DNA from: Hemiscyllium ocellatum
Lineage: Eukaryota
Reading direction: 5' to 3'
Assembly: GCF_020745735.1 (NCBI RefSeq)
Contig: NC_083426.1
Location: forward strand, 12,462,001-12,526,000
DNA length: 64,000 nt
In this document: piece after piece, positions 39,665 through 51,178 of the stretch
How positions within the stretch are numbered: position 1 is the stretch's first letter
Layout of the letters: every line of letters begins with the position of its first letter
The notes under the pieces: model-generated
The model's database searches: none
The model's input: only the letters and a program-made list of their open reading frames with translations
What the model was told of the DNA's origin: nothing
Translations under genes and position numbers: made by a program

Positions 39665-39979
39665 CGTCAGAGATGTGCAGCTTTACATTAAACATTTGGT
39701 CAAAGGCAAAAGCCTCAATCCCACAGCTGTACCATCCTGCATCTTCCCATTGAAGATTCATGATTGTGACAAGAAACATTCCTTGTGTTTTGTCGTCAGT
39801 GATCGTTATTCTCCCATTTGGCCAATTTGTTTTTGCTATAACAGAACACAGACGATTCCATCCGTGACACCAATATTTCACATATGACTGGTACTGCTGC
39901 ACATCGTAATGACAAGATATTGTGATCGCTCTTCCCAAAATTCCTGTTACATGTTCCTCTCCCCATAAACCACCTGAAA
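39665..39979 (-). CDS. Gene A' V-type Ig exon (open)
   Basis: 315 nt; VSGGLWGEEHVTGILGRAITISC..KYWCHGWNRLC..EDAGWYSCGIEAFAFDQMF. Confidence 0.9.
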
Positions 39980-41942
39980 CTGAGGAGACAATGTTTCAGA
40001 AACTTAACTGGAAAGAACTGCTTATTACAAACAGATACATTTTAATCAGCTACATTCCATCCAGTACATGATGAAGGTAATCATTAATATAAACCCTTAT
40101 CCGAGTCTCAGGCTTTTCCATATTCCCAGGGAATGATTGAAACAGTCGGGATATTTTCTTACCCCACTGGTCGAGCTTTGGGACAATCTTGAAATGGGGC
40201 TTGAGCTGCCCGCTGTGGGCTCTAACTCCACCGTGTGTGACATCATCGAAACGTTGTCCCCCTGGAGAGCAGCCTGAGTGACAGGCCTGGATTGGAGTCG
40301 GCTGGGAATCAGTGTGAAGGAGGGCACAGGTGCTGAAGGGTCCTTACTCTGACCAGAGAAGGAGGGTTTCATCCAGGGAGGAGAGGGGAGTGTGTGGAGA
40401 CTCATGGTGGGCTCAGGGGCTGCATTTTCAGGGCTCAAGGGGCAGAGACAAGTGACCCAGGAAAGTGATGAGAGACCTCGAGTGGGGGAGGAAGAGAATC
40501 GAAGTTCAGCAAGAGATGGTTCATGATGTGAGAGAGAGATCAATGTGCAGGATCTTGAGGGCAGTAAAGGCTGGATTATTTGTAATCACACATTGTTGTC
40601 AGTGTAAGGAGAGAAAATTAACAGAAGGAATTTATCGATTATTCCAGAGAGATTGCTCCTGAGAAAATGCATAAATTGCTGCCAGATTGTGTCACAGTGT
40701 GGAAGAGGTGCAGCCTGTTGATGACTGGGTAGACATTACTTCAATAAATACTGAGAGAAACATCATTAAGTGTAAGTGAAGAGCTGGAATAGAGAGAAGA
40801 AAGGACAAAGACAATTGCATGATTCAAGGTGGTGAAGGGCAGGAAACAGACCTTATTTAATAAAGGAAGCCTTGAAAGAAAGAGGATTGCGAAAACAGAG
40901 AGATGAACGCTTCAGATTGCTGACTGTGACGTTTTCTGCATGAAATTGGTGGGCAACAGCTGCAAAATGTTTCAGAAAGTTTTCATGGAACAGAATTCAC
41001 AGAGTTGTGGCCGAGAGAACTGCAACATTGGGAATTTTAAACTTGAGTGTTTGAAAATGTCTTGATCATAAATGGAGCGATGGCAATGATGGGCTGCAAT
41101 TGTATTGCCGTGTTATATTGTAATGTGACAATCAATGGGATTGAAAGAGAGTAAACAACTTGATTCAAGTTAATGACTGAAAGAAATAAAGCTTTTTATG
41201 GGAAGGGAAATATAAACCAACCATCTGCTTTTGTGACAGAGACTCACTAAACAATATTTAATGAACTGCAATTCAAAAATAAAACAAAAGCAAACTCAAG
41301 ATGTTTTGTTTGAGGGCATATTACCCTCCAGTTTTCAGTGTATATTGAGTATTCAAAATTTTGGATAATTTAAAACGATTCTGCTGGTGTGTTCACTTAA
41401 AAGAAACATTATGTTGTCCTTTTTATTTCATTCATAATTACTAATGCTGCTCCAAAGTATTTGGGAACTATGTCACATGGGATTATCATGTGTTTAAGAG
41501 AAGATATAACATTTTGTGATGTATTTTATGTATTTTTATGTTTGTTTATTGAAATTCAAACTTCCATATATAGAGACAGAGTCCATGCTGTGTCTGTTTT
41601 CTACAGCTTGTTAATCACCTGAAGCCAGTCGCTGCATTGTGTAAGGCTGACCAGGAACCTCACCCAGTCCTGCTCCCTGCACTGGGTATGTTGGAAGGAT
41701 TTGCAAGTTGATAATGAATCTCTTTCACTTTGTGAGAATATACATTCCTTTGCAAAATGTGCTGGAGTGAGAATCGTACTCTCGGTATTTTTCCCAGCAA
41801 TAACAATGTTACCCATTGTGTCACAAGCTCTTCCTTTGTCCTTTATACATCTTCAACTATTTAAACATTCCCACTGCATAAACCACACAGTGGACTTCAA
41901 CAAACATTGGTTATCTAATATACAACTGGGATGGTCACTCAC

Positions 41943-41979
41943 CAGGAATGGAACAAATGAGGAGAATCAAAGTCCACAT
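41943..41979 (-). CDS. Gene A' leader exon (MWTLILLICSIP)
   Basis: Same peptide as the A leader; G|GTGAGT donor. Confidence 0.88.
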
Positions 41980-42068
41980 CGTTTTATTCTCAAAGATTTT
42001 TGATTTTAGTCTCTCAACTCTTGTTTCTCACTTTGAAGTAAGTGTATTATGCAATGCCCGCAGGATGT

Positions 42069-42079
42069 GAAATGAGGAA
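42069..42079 (+). promoter_or_regulatory. IRF-Ets composite-like motif GAAATGAGGAA, gene A' promoter
   Basis: About 90 bp upstream of the A' ATG. Confidence 0.45.
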
Positions 42080-44719
42080 GAGAATATAGGAAGTCAGCTT
42101 CTGTAACCAGTGTGAGTTAGATGATTAATTATAACTCTGAGGAAATTTTTCTCTGATCGATTATGTTTAACAGAGGAACTAAATTAATTTTCATTGAAAG
42201 AATAGAAAATTCTGAAATCAAGACAGATAACGAGTCTGATGCTGAGGATAATGTTGACTCAAACGCAGCATTTATACTGAAATCTCAGGTTAATAACAAC
42301 CAGAATAATCCCCCATGTCAGAAAATTTCAATGAACTGCTTTTGACAAAGATTTCTTCAGTGAAAATAAATCCTAGAGTTAAAAATAGATTTTTGAAGGG
42401 CTATTTTGTGTTTTATGCAAAACATGTCTCCTGTTCACACTGAATAATTAATCTGTCAAAATCTGGAATCCTAGATGTAGAGGACAAGGGCACCCACTGT
42501 TCCAGTTCCACAAGATCCAAGTAAACATGACAGGGAGCTGATTTCAGGCAGAAAAAGGAACTCAACAACAGAGGGAGAATTCAGGGGGAAGTGAACTGTG
42601 ATTGAGTAACTGGGAGTGAGCTTCAGTTCCAAGGTGAGGGTCCCTCTGGTGTACCGACTGACATGGGGCTTTGTATTCACCAGGACGTGGTTGATGATGA
42701 GTGAGTCTGGTGAACCATGCTGGGTTTCACCTTTGAGAAGGTTAAAGAAGCTGACACACTTCATCAACCGTGCTCATCCCCAGCCACAATGCTGAAGGCA
42801 GTGCCCCCACCTTAACCCTTAATATGGAAGGAGAGTCACTGGAGTCATTACCCAGAGACTGAACCAACGAGGACCATCACAATGCTCTGTCTGGGAAACA
42901 GAAACAATACGTTGGGTAAATTCCTAAAGAACATTTGGAAACATTTGGGGGGTAATACCCCAATGGGGATGAAACCCCTCTGCTGTCAGGTCACCAGTGT
43001 CTGAGTGTCAGAAACAGAGAGCAGAGATCCCCCAGCCCCTGAATGACATGGACACTGTAGAATCAGTTGGAAAAATAGGATCAGATTGAAAAATTAGATT
43101 CTGTGATGAAACAGTGAAGACAGCAGTTATTAACAAAGTGAAGAATATCTGATCAAATTGTCAGAGATCCTGTAAAGTGACTTGCTCAGTGTCAAAGCCA
43201 TATCCTGGTAGACGCTCATTCAGAAGTTTTTAAAAGACCGTTCTTCTGAGACAAACAATTGCAGGATCTGGAGCTGCCACAAAGCCCCTCCCCCATTTGG
43301 ATGGATGTCCCATTTGCTCTGGAATGGTGCAGTGATCCACCCACAACATGGACATGAGCCTGTCCCAGGAGGATTCCTTCCCAGAGATTGTGATCTAAGG
43401 GCTGGATCTGAAAACTCTCAGTACAGCCTATCCAAATTGTTAATATATTACACTGGTACCTGCAAAACGCAACTAGTCACACACCTCCCACTCAAAAATA
43501 TCCTTCACCACCACCCTCTGTCTCCTGCCAGCAAACCAATTTCTGATTGGCAAGCTCACCCTGAACTCCATGTGATCTAACTATACTGATTAGTCTGCCC
43601 AGTGTAACTCTGTCACTAATGTCTGTGTAGACAATGTGTACTGCTGTGCTGTCATCAATTGTCTTGGTTACTTCACTAAATATCTCAATGAGGTTTGGTC
43701 AGCACCATTTCCCACACTCTATCCCAAATAAGGTCTTGCCTCTCCAAACATATGAAAAGCCTGTCTCTCAGAATCCCCTGCAACAACCTCCCCAGCACAG
43801 ATATCGCAATCACAGCTCGATAGTTCCCAGGCTTCTCCTTACAGCCTTTGTTATATAAAGGCACAACATTAATCACCCTCCAGTCCTCCGGCACCTCACC
43901 TGTGGCTGTGGATGATACAAATATCTCTGCTGGGGGCTCCCCAAATTCCCTCCCTAACTTCCCACAATGTCCTGGGATACAACTTGATCAGGTCCCAGTG
44001 ATTTATTTCCCCATTGTGTTTTTTAAGACCACTTATCAGTTCCTTGTCTGGAAGGTGGATAGTTTATCATGACATGAATATTTATTTCTTCACTTTCCCC
44101 GGTCCCTCTGTCTTTCTCCACAATAAAAATTCTCACAAACTATTTGTTTAGTATCTCTCTCATCTCTTGTAATTCCACACAAAGACAATCTTGTTTACTT
44201 CCTTTCCTGAATCTCAGAGTTGGTGTGTTACATTGGGGTCTGTAACTCCACCCAGATATCCCACTTGTTTATAACCACGGGTTTCACATGGAGCTGTCAC
44301 TTGCTGATATTGGCAGTGGTCACATCCACCCTCTTGGGGTTGGTTTTTTGAACTTTCAGAAATAATGTGAAACCTCATCTACAATGAGAGATCCTGCCAG
44401 TAATTTTCCATCTCCTGAACTGGAAAGATTCATGAGGCAGATAGATGAGGCTTCCAATCTCCAAAGAGTACACAGACAACATGGCTGGGATGTGTCTTAA
44501 GGGAATCATTTCTGTAACAATTAAACTGTTAATTCTTTATCCGTTGTTCTTTAATGGCCAGCTATTGTTGCCCATTCCTAATTATCCCTGACTGAGTTGC
44601 TTTTGAGACCATTTGAAGAGGGCAGTTAAGAACAAACCACATTGCTGGGAACCCTATGTAGAGCAGACCTGGAAAGGGCGGCAGATTTCCTTCCCTCAGG
44701 GACATTGATGAGTCAGATA

Positions 44720-45420
44720 GTGTGGGTAAAATGTCTACAGTTGGATAACCAGCAAAAGGATGATCCATACGTGAGGTAGAGACATAATTACAAAAATATT
44801 AAAAGTGAGGTGGTACTGGAGACAAACTAAATGACTGGAGTAATGGCAGACCACTGTTCACAACAAACTACCCAGCATTCAGGACAGTATCGACCACAAC
44901 ACTACACAACCCTGCCATGGCAACCAATGCAAGATGTGCCAGATCATCGACATGGATACTACCGTCAGACATGGGAACACCACCCACCAGGTACACTTAG
45001 ATACTCATGTGATTTGACTGTTATACCCATCAGGATATTCCAGTCATTTAGTTTGTCTTCAGCACCACCTTATTTTTAAGTTTCTTGTAATTCTCTCTCT
45101 GTCTCACTTAATCAGATGATTGGTCATCCCTTCGCTGGTTATTCAGCTGTTGACACTTTACTCACACTATCTGGCACTCCTGATCACTCGCAGAGTTCTA
45201 TTATCTGAGACGCCACTCACACATTTGTGTGATTTTTTGATCTCTCTGCCCTTGATCTCTCTGCCTATTAACTCTGTGTCTGTGTGCTTCTCTCTCACTT
45301 CATCTGACAAAGCAGCTGCTCTCTGAAAGCTTGTGATTTCAATTAAATCTGATGCACTATAATCTGATGTCATGTGACTTCTGACTTTGTCCAGCTCAGT
45401 CTCACACTGGCACCTCCACA
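44720..45420 (+). mobile_element. Penelope-like remnant (GIY-YIG region CxxC plus H2 pLTR)
   Basis: PCHGNQCKMCQII-like segment; terminal ccagctcagtctcacactggcacctccaca. Confidence 0.65.
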
Positions 45421-46258
45421 TCAGGCCAAAGTAACAGTGACATTGGAAAGCATCATCTCCTGTAGCTTTCTGGCACTTCCTATGTTCTGTAGATCATCCC
45501 AGAGGGAGATTTGATATTATATTTCCTCTTTAGACCAGACCAGACTCAGGTATGTTTGTTTAAAATTTACTAATGCATGCATGCGTGCAGTACATATCAA
45601 AAACTAGGGAAAAGATCAAATTATTAGGCCAGCGGCAAAGGCTTTATTCTATTCTACACGTAACAGCCTTGTCAGAATGGCATTGACATGGGATGGTGCC
45701 ACACAGAGGTATGATCACCCATTGACTGCTCAGTGCCTCCCAATGCAACAGGCTGTCAGATTTGAACTCTGTAGTAAAACACAATGCAGCTCCCAGAGAC
45801 TGGCAGCCTGCAGCTTACAGTGACAGGGCTCTGTGTTTAACTGTGATGGATAGCACAGAGACTGGCAGCCCACAAACAAGTGTCCCAGAGCTCCACATCC
45901 AACTGGTGTGAGAGCTGAACCGAGAACAGGTCTGGTGATGAGGGGAAGAGATAAGGGGATGAGGGAACCACCTCAGAGATAAAAACATCTCCTCATCTTG
46001 GTCCAGTGTTCTGAGATGATACCGTCTGGTCCAATCCTTACCCACAAGGAGAAACGTCCATTCTTCACCCACCCCACCAAGTCCTCGATGTAGCTTGCAC
46101 ATTTCAATTCGCTCACCTCTCCTTTTTCTGGATTCCTATGAGTATAGGACCAATTCTACTCAACCTCTCCTCATAAAATAGTCCCTCTATACCTTGGATC
46201 AGCCTAGAGTTTAACCTTAATACCTCCTGTGGACAGGAAAGGATTTATAATGATCTTT

Positions 46259-46957
46259 TGATATGTAAATGTGCATGTACTGTATGTTTAAGAGAGTTAA
46301 ATTCAACAGAACTACCTGTCAGATCCAAGTGTTTTGAAAAAAAAAGTGTAACATTTGGTCGAACAACTCGATCAGCTGGTTGCCTAGATATGACTAGACA
46401 GATTTGAAATAGGCCAATCAGTTTAAATTATACCCCAAAAAATGCCCAAATCCAATCCAGTTTGAATTTAGTATATTGACAATCTTAAAAGCCAATGACA
46501 CAATCTGATGCATTGGGGGTGTAAGACAGGGGAAAACTGAACAGTTGAGAGGAGAACAGCCAAACCACTAACATGTAAAAAGACTGTCCATAAAATAGAT
46601 CTCTTAAATTTACCTTTATCGATCAGTAACCTGAGAAGCAGCATTCCCAGGAAGAAGCAAAGAAGATTGAAATACAGAGAAGAATGAAAGCTGCCTGGTT
46701 TTGAGACAAGAAATTTTGTTTTGGAAATTATAATGGGGAGTTTTATCAGACTAGTATTGGAGAAGGGGAAGGGAAAGACAGGTTTGAGGAAAGAGTTGGA
46801 AATAGTTCATCTCTGTTATACTTTAAGAACTAAAGTTGCTAATTTTTACTTTACCTAGATCTTGGCCTATCAAATTTTCACTGATTACTGCACGGGATAA
46901 CTCTTTTCAATGTTGTTGTTTTAAATTAAGCAGGAGAGTTTACCTTGTCTCGTGACA
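46259..46957 (+). mobile_element. Probable solo LTR, about 700 bp
   Basis: TG...CA ends, absent from the homologous A' site near 33355, short T-rich flanking duplication. Confidence 0.5.
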
Positions 46958-47381
46958 TTTTGCAACAGTATTGTACAATGTTTTTGAAATATAATTATGC
47001 AGAAATGTGAAAAGGCCCAGAGTAGGCCATTCAGCCCGTCCAGGCTCCTTCAGCATTCACCTGGATCATGGCAGATCTTCCACCTGAATACTATTTTTGT
47101 TGCATGAGCTCAAGTCCCTCCACATCTGTATTACCCAGAACATTATTGATCTCTGTTTTGAATATACTCAAGGCTGGACCCTCCAGAGCTCTCTGAGGCA
47201 GAGAATTCCAACAAACCATCACCCTCTGAGTGAAGAAATTCCTGCTCATCTCAGTCCCAAATGGTTAACCCATTCTTCTCAAACTGTGTCTCCTGCTTCG
47301 AAATCCCTCCACCCAGGGCCACCTCATTGATGGGGAACTTAGAGTGCTCAAAATCATTCTTGTAAAGGCCATGATGCTCAC

Positions 47382-47472
47382 CTAATGTTTTTGTGTAAAC
47401 ATTGTGACTGAAACAGAACAAACCACCAGGAGAGTGAAGAGTACCCAGCGGACTACATCCCAGACAACGTAA
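47382..47472 (-). pseudogene. Gene B' TM exon (YVVWDVVRWVLFTLLVVCSVSVTMFTQKH*)
   Basis: 91 nt, same sites as in A. Confidence 0.78.
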
Positions 47473-48002
47473 CTGTGTAAAACAGAAGAAACATAAAAAA
47501 ATTTGAAGGAAACAAGACTGCATCGTACTTCAAACATTTATCCCCTGTTTACACTGCAATCTCAGTATATTTCAGCAAAGTAACACAGCACACGTCAGGG
47601 AGATAACTGAGAAAATTAAATTACAGTTTAATTTATTACTGAGACGCACAACAGATAAAGTACAACTGAAACAAGTTTCAGTACTGTAGTACATCCTGTA
47701 ATGTTATTTAAACTGATGAGGCAGTCTTTATGTTAACGCTTGTCGCATGTAGACAAGGTGTGGCTATTGTAGTCCGAACAAATCACAGATGTTCAGAACA
47801 GCCTCTGGTCTAAGTGTATCTCACAGCCACAGAAATGAACAACAGATAAAGGTCAAATGAAACAAGTTGCAGTAACATGTCCTGGAATGTTATACGTGCG
47901 GATTATAAGGATAAATGGTTGGACATTTACAGGTGGCACTGCAGTCTGGTGCCTTGTAACCAGTGAGTGAGATGCATCTTCAATCAGAATAGCATAATTC
48001 CA

Positions 48003-48084
48003 TCATGTAAAAATTCTGACTGAAACAGAACAAATCACCAGGAGAGTGAAGAGTACCCAGCGTATCACATCCCAGACAACGTAA
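48003..48084 (-). pseudogene. Gene B' duplicated TM exon (YVVWDVIRWVLFTLLVICSVSVRIFT*)
   Basis: Acceptor ttttacacag intact; CGA changed to TGA. Confidence 0.75.
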
Positions 48085-48614
48085 CTGTGTAAAACAGAAG
48101 AAATACAAAATAATTTGAAGGTAACGAGACTGTATCATGTTTCAAACATTTATCCCCGGTGACATTGCAATCTTCTGATATGGTAACAAAGTAAAGCTGC
48201 ACAGCTCAGGCAGTTCAGTGGGACACCTAAATTACAGTTTAATTTATGAATGACATGGACAATATATAAAGGTCAAATGAAACAAGTTTCAGTCACACAT
48301 TCTGAGTGGGGATTATAAGATATGGATGGACATTTGTGGGAGGGACTGCAGTCTGGCGTAATATTCCAGTGGGTGAGATGTCTCTTCAGTGAGTGAGGAA
48401 CTCAGAATATCATCATCCCACACTGCTCCTGCACCTTCTAACATTCAAGGCTTAACCAGCTGGAATCAGACAGCCTCCCACCCTCTCAGTTTGGGAACAA
48501 TGTATAACCCAAGAGAATGGAGGAGGAGAAGATGACAGAGAATGTAATGTCTCTGTCAGTGACACTCCAGAATACCTTGAGTTATCAAAAACTGTTATTG
48601 CTGGGCTCTGAAAA

Positions 48615-48708
48615 TAGCTGCAAATGTGTTGCTGGTCAAAGCACAGCAGGTTAGGCAGCATCTCAGGAATAGAGAATTCGACGTTTCGAGCATAAGCCCT
48701 TCATCAGG
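48615..48708 (-). mobile_element. H1 mini-element with intact hammerhead core
   Basis: 11-bp TSD GGCTCTGAAAA (48604-48614 / 48707-48717); nearly identical to 4711-4834. Confidence 0.85.
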
Positions 48709-49008
48709 CTCTGAAAACATTGTGAGCTCAGGAGAATAATAAAGCATTAAATTTTAATGCTGAAAATTGCACATGTATCTGAGCGAAGGCAAATAGGAAA
48801 GTGGTACATCCTGTTATGGATTGCCAATTACATAAACAGCGACATTGTAAGGAAGGGAACGGAACAGCATTATACAAAAGTCATCCACCATTTCAATTCC
48901 GATAAATGACAGTCTGAAATTTCCTATTATTGTAAACCTTTATGTAAAATCAATTGTTGTCTCTTGGAATGAATGCTAATGGAAATATTGCCAATGAAAA
49001 TGTTCTAA

Positions 49009-49108
49009 CTTTTACTGACAGACTTGGATCCTGAAGATGTTCTTGTTGTTGATGTTGTTGTTGCTGTTAGTGATATTGTTGAAGGGTGTTCACAAATATA
49101 TTTCCTTC
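49009..49108 (-). pseudogene. Gene B' stalk exon, donor mutated
   Basis: 100 nt open (GRKYICEHPSTISLTATTTSTTRTSSGSKSVSK); AG|TTAGAA. Confidence 0.78.
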
Positions 49109-49492
49109 CTATTGAGACATAAGAAAATTTTCAGCTTCATCTGGGTCTCACTTAGACAACCAAGAGAGCTCTCCTCACAAATGGAACCTCACAGCTTGTT
49201 GTGAATAATAACTTTTGTTGAATTCATTTCTCTCTAACCCCTCCTGTCTGGAGAGATGTGGTAGCGACCTGGTTTGAACATAATTTGTGTTTGGATCCTC
49301 GCCTGGACTTTGATGCGACTGTATTCTTATTAAAGCATTTGAAAGGCTGAGGTTGGTGGGACTGTATTCCTGAGATCCCCTTTCTCATCATTGTCAAACG
49401 TAAAGGAATGTTCCAGCCACTGAGCTGGTCACTGTCCCCTGCTAGACAATGTAGGGGATACAACAGCCCCTGCTCTGTCCTGTAATATCCTT

Positions 49493-49807
49493 GATGTGGT
49501 GGTACTGGTATTGGAATGGGGTGGACAAAGTTAAAAATCACAAAACACCAGGTTATCGTCCAGCAGGTTTATTTGGAAATGCAAGCTTTCAGAGCACTGC
49601 TCCTTCATCAGGTCGCTACTGGAGCAAGGTCATAGGACACACAATTTATTGCAAAAGATCATAGTAGCATACAACTGATGTGATATATTGAACAAACCTG
49701 GATTGATATTAAGTCTTTCATCTTTTAAATTGAGTTGCAAGTTTCGATTCATTAATATGTAAATCCCAGAACTTCTATATCGCATCAACTGTGTCCTATG
49801 ATCCTGC
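49493..49807. mobile_element. H2 Penelope-like fragment with hammerhead core (49583-49611, -)
   Basis: CTGATGAAGGAGCAGTGCTCTGAAAGCTT on the minus strand; short inverted junction at 49786-49807. Confidence 0.72.
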
Positions 49808-50520
49808 TTGAAAAGCTGTGGTTGGGTAGGACTGTATCACTAAGATCTCCTTTTTCATCCTTGTCAAACATAAAAGAAAGTTCCAGCCACTGAGCTGGTC
49901 ACTGCTCCCACTGGACAATGTATTCCTGGGGGATCCAGCAGCCCCTGCTCTGCCCAGTAATATCCTGTGATTGCTGGGTGAGCTTCCACTGGGACTTTTG
50001 CCTCCAATACGGTATTTAGACTCAATGATGTCATCTTTACGTTACATCCTGTCACATGAGAACAAGCCATGTATGTTTTCGTACTGACAAATCAACAGAT
50101 ATTATCACCAGCGTCTGGCCTGAACATATCTCATAGCCACAGGCATGTCAGGGTCTGGGTTAAATCTGAGGTACTCAGTTACATGCAGGGACATATTTCC
50201 ATCAGCATGTCATGCCTGATGTGACCCTGACTAAGATGGAGTCTGATACCATTGTCCCCTCAGGTCACATGCTGCGATACAGTGATTAACTTCATCTGTT
50301 TAAGGTGACACACACAAACAAGCTGTGAGATGTAACACAAAGCTGGAGAGCAGCATTTATGCGTTTTCTGCAGCTTTATTACAGTTTTGTCCATTTTCAA
50401 AAAAATTAATGTAATGTGATGAGGTGCAGTTGTTTCTAAGTATAAAAGAAACTTAGCGAATGAGCAGTTTGAATAAACATTGAATGAATGTGTCAGCCTC
50501 AGTGTTTGTATAAAACTTAC

Positions 50521-50552
50521 CGATGCTGTTGATCTGTATCCTAGAACTTCAG
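50521..50552 (-). pseudogene. Gene B' C2 exon, 3' end
   Basis: ..AGGATACAGATCAACAGCATCG|GTAAGT; rejoins 55546 to rebuild the exon. Confidence 0.72.
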
Positions 50553-51178
50553 GTATACAGTCATAGAATCATAGAGATGTACAGCATGGAAACAGACCCT
50601 TCGGTCTAACCCGTCCATACCGACCAGATATTCCAACCCAATCTAGTCCCACCTTTCAGCACCCGGCACATATCCCTCCAAACCCTTCCTATTCATATAC
50701 CCTTCCAAATGCTTCTTAAATGTTGCAATTGTACCAGCCTCCACCAATTCCTCTAGCAGCTAATTCCATACACGTACCACCCTCTGTGTGGAAAAGTTGC
50801 CCTTAGGTCTCTTTTATATCCTTCCCCTCTCACCCTAAACCTATGCCCTCTAGTTCTGGATTTTCTGATCCCAGGGAAAAGATTTTGTCTATTTATCCTA
50901 TCCATGACCTCTGTAATATTGTAAACCTCTGTAAGGTCACCCTTCAGCCTCTGATGCTCCAGGGAAAACAGCCCCACCTGTTCAGGCTCTCCCTATATCT
51001 CGAATCCTCCAACCCTGGCAACATCCTTGTAAATCTTTTCTGAACCCTTTCAAGTTTCACAACACCTTTCCGATAGGAAGAACAGAATTGTATGCAATAT
51101 TCCCACAGTGGCCTAACCCATGTCCTGTACTCAATACTCTGACCAATACAGGAAAGGAAACCAAATGCCTTCTTCACT

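Larger units (their letters stand above)
33786..41979 (-). other. Gene A': paralog with intact leader, V, stalk and TM; C2a frameshifted (+1); C2b dead
   Basis: See exon entries; skipping C2a gives an in-frame 179-aa L-V-stalk-TM product. Confidence 0.8.
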
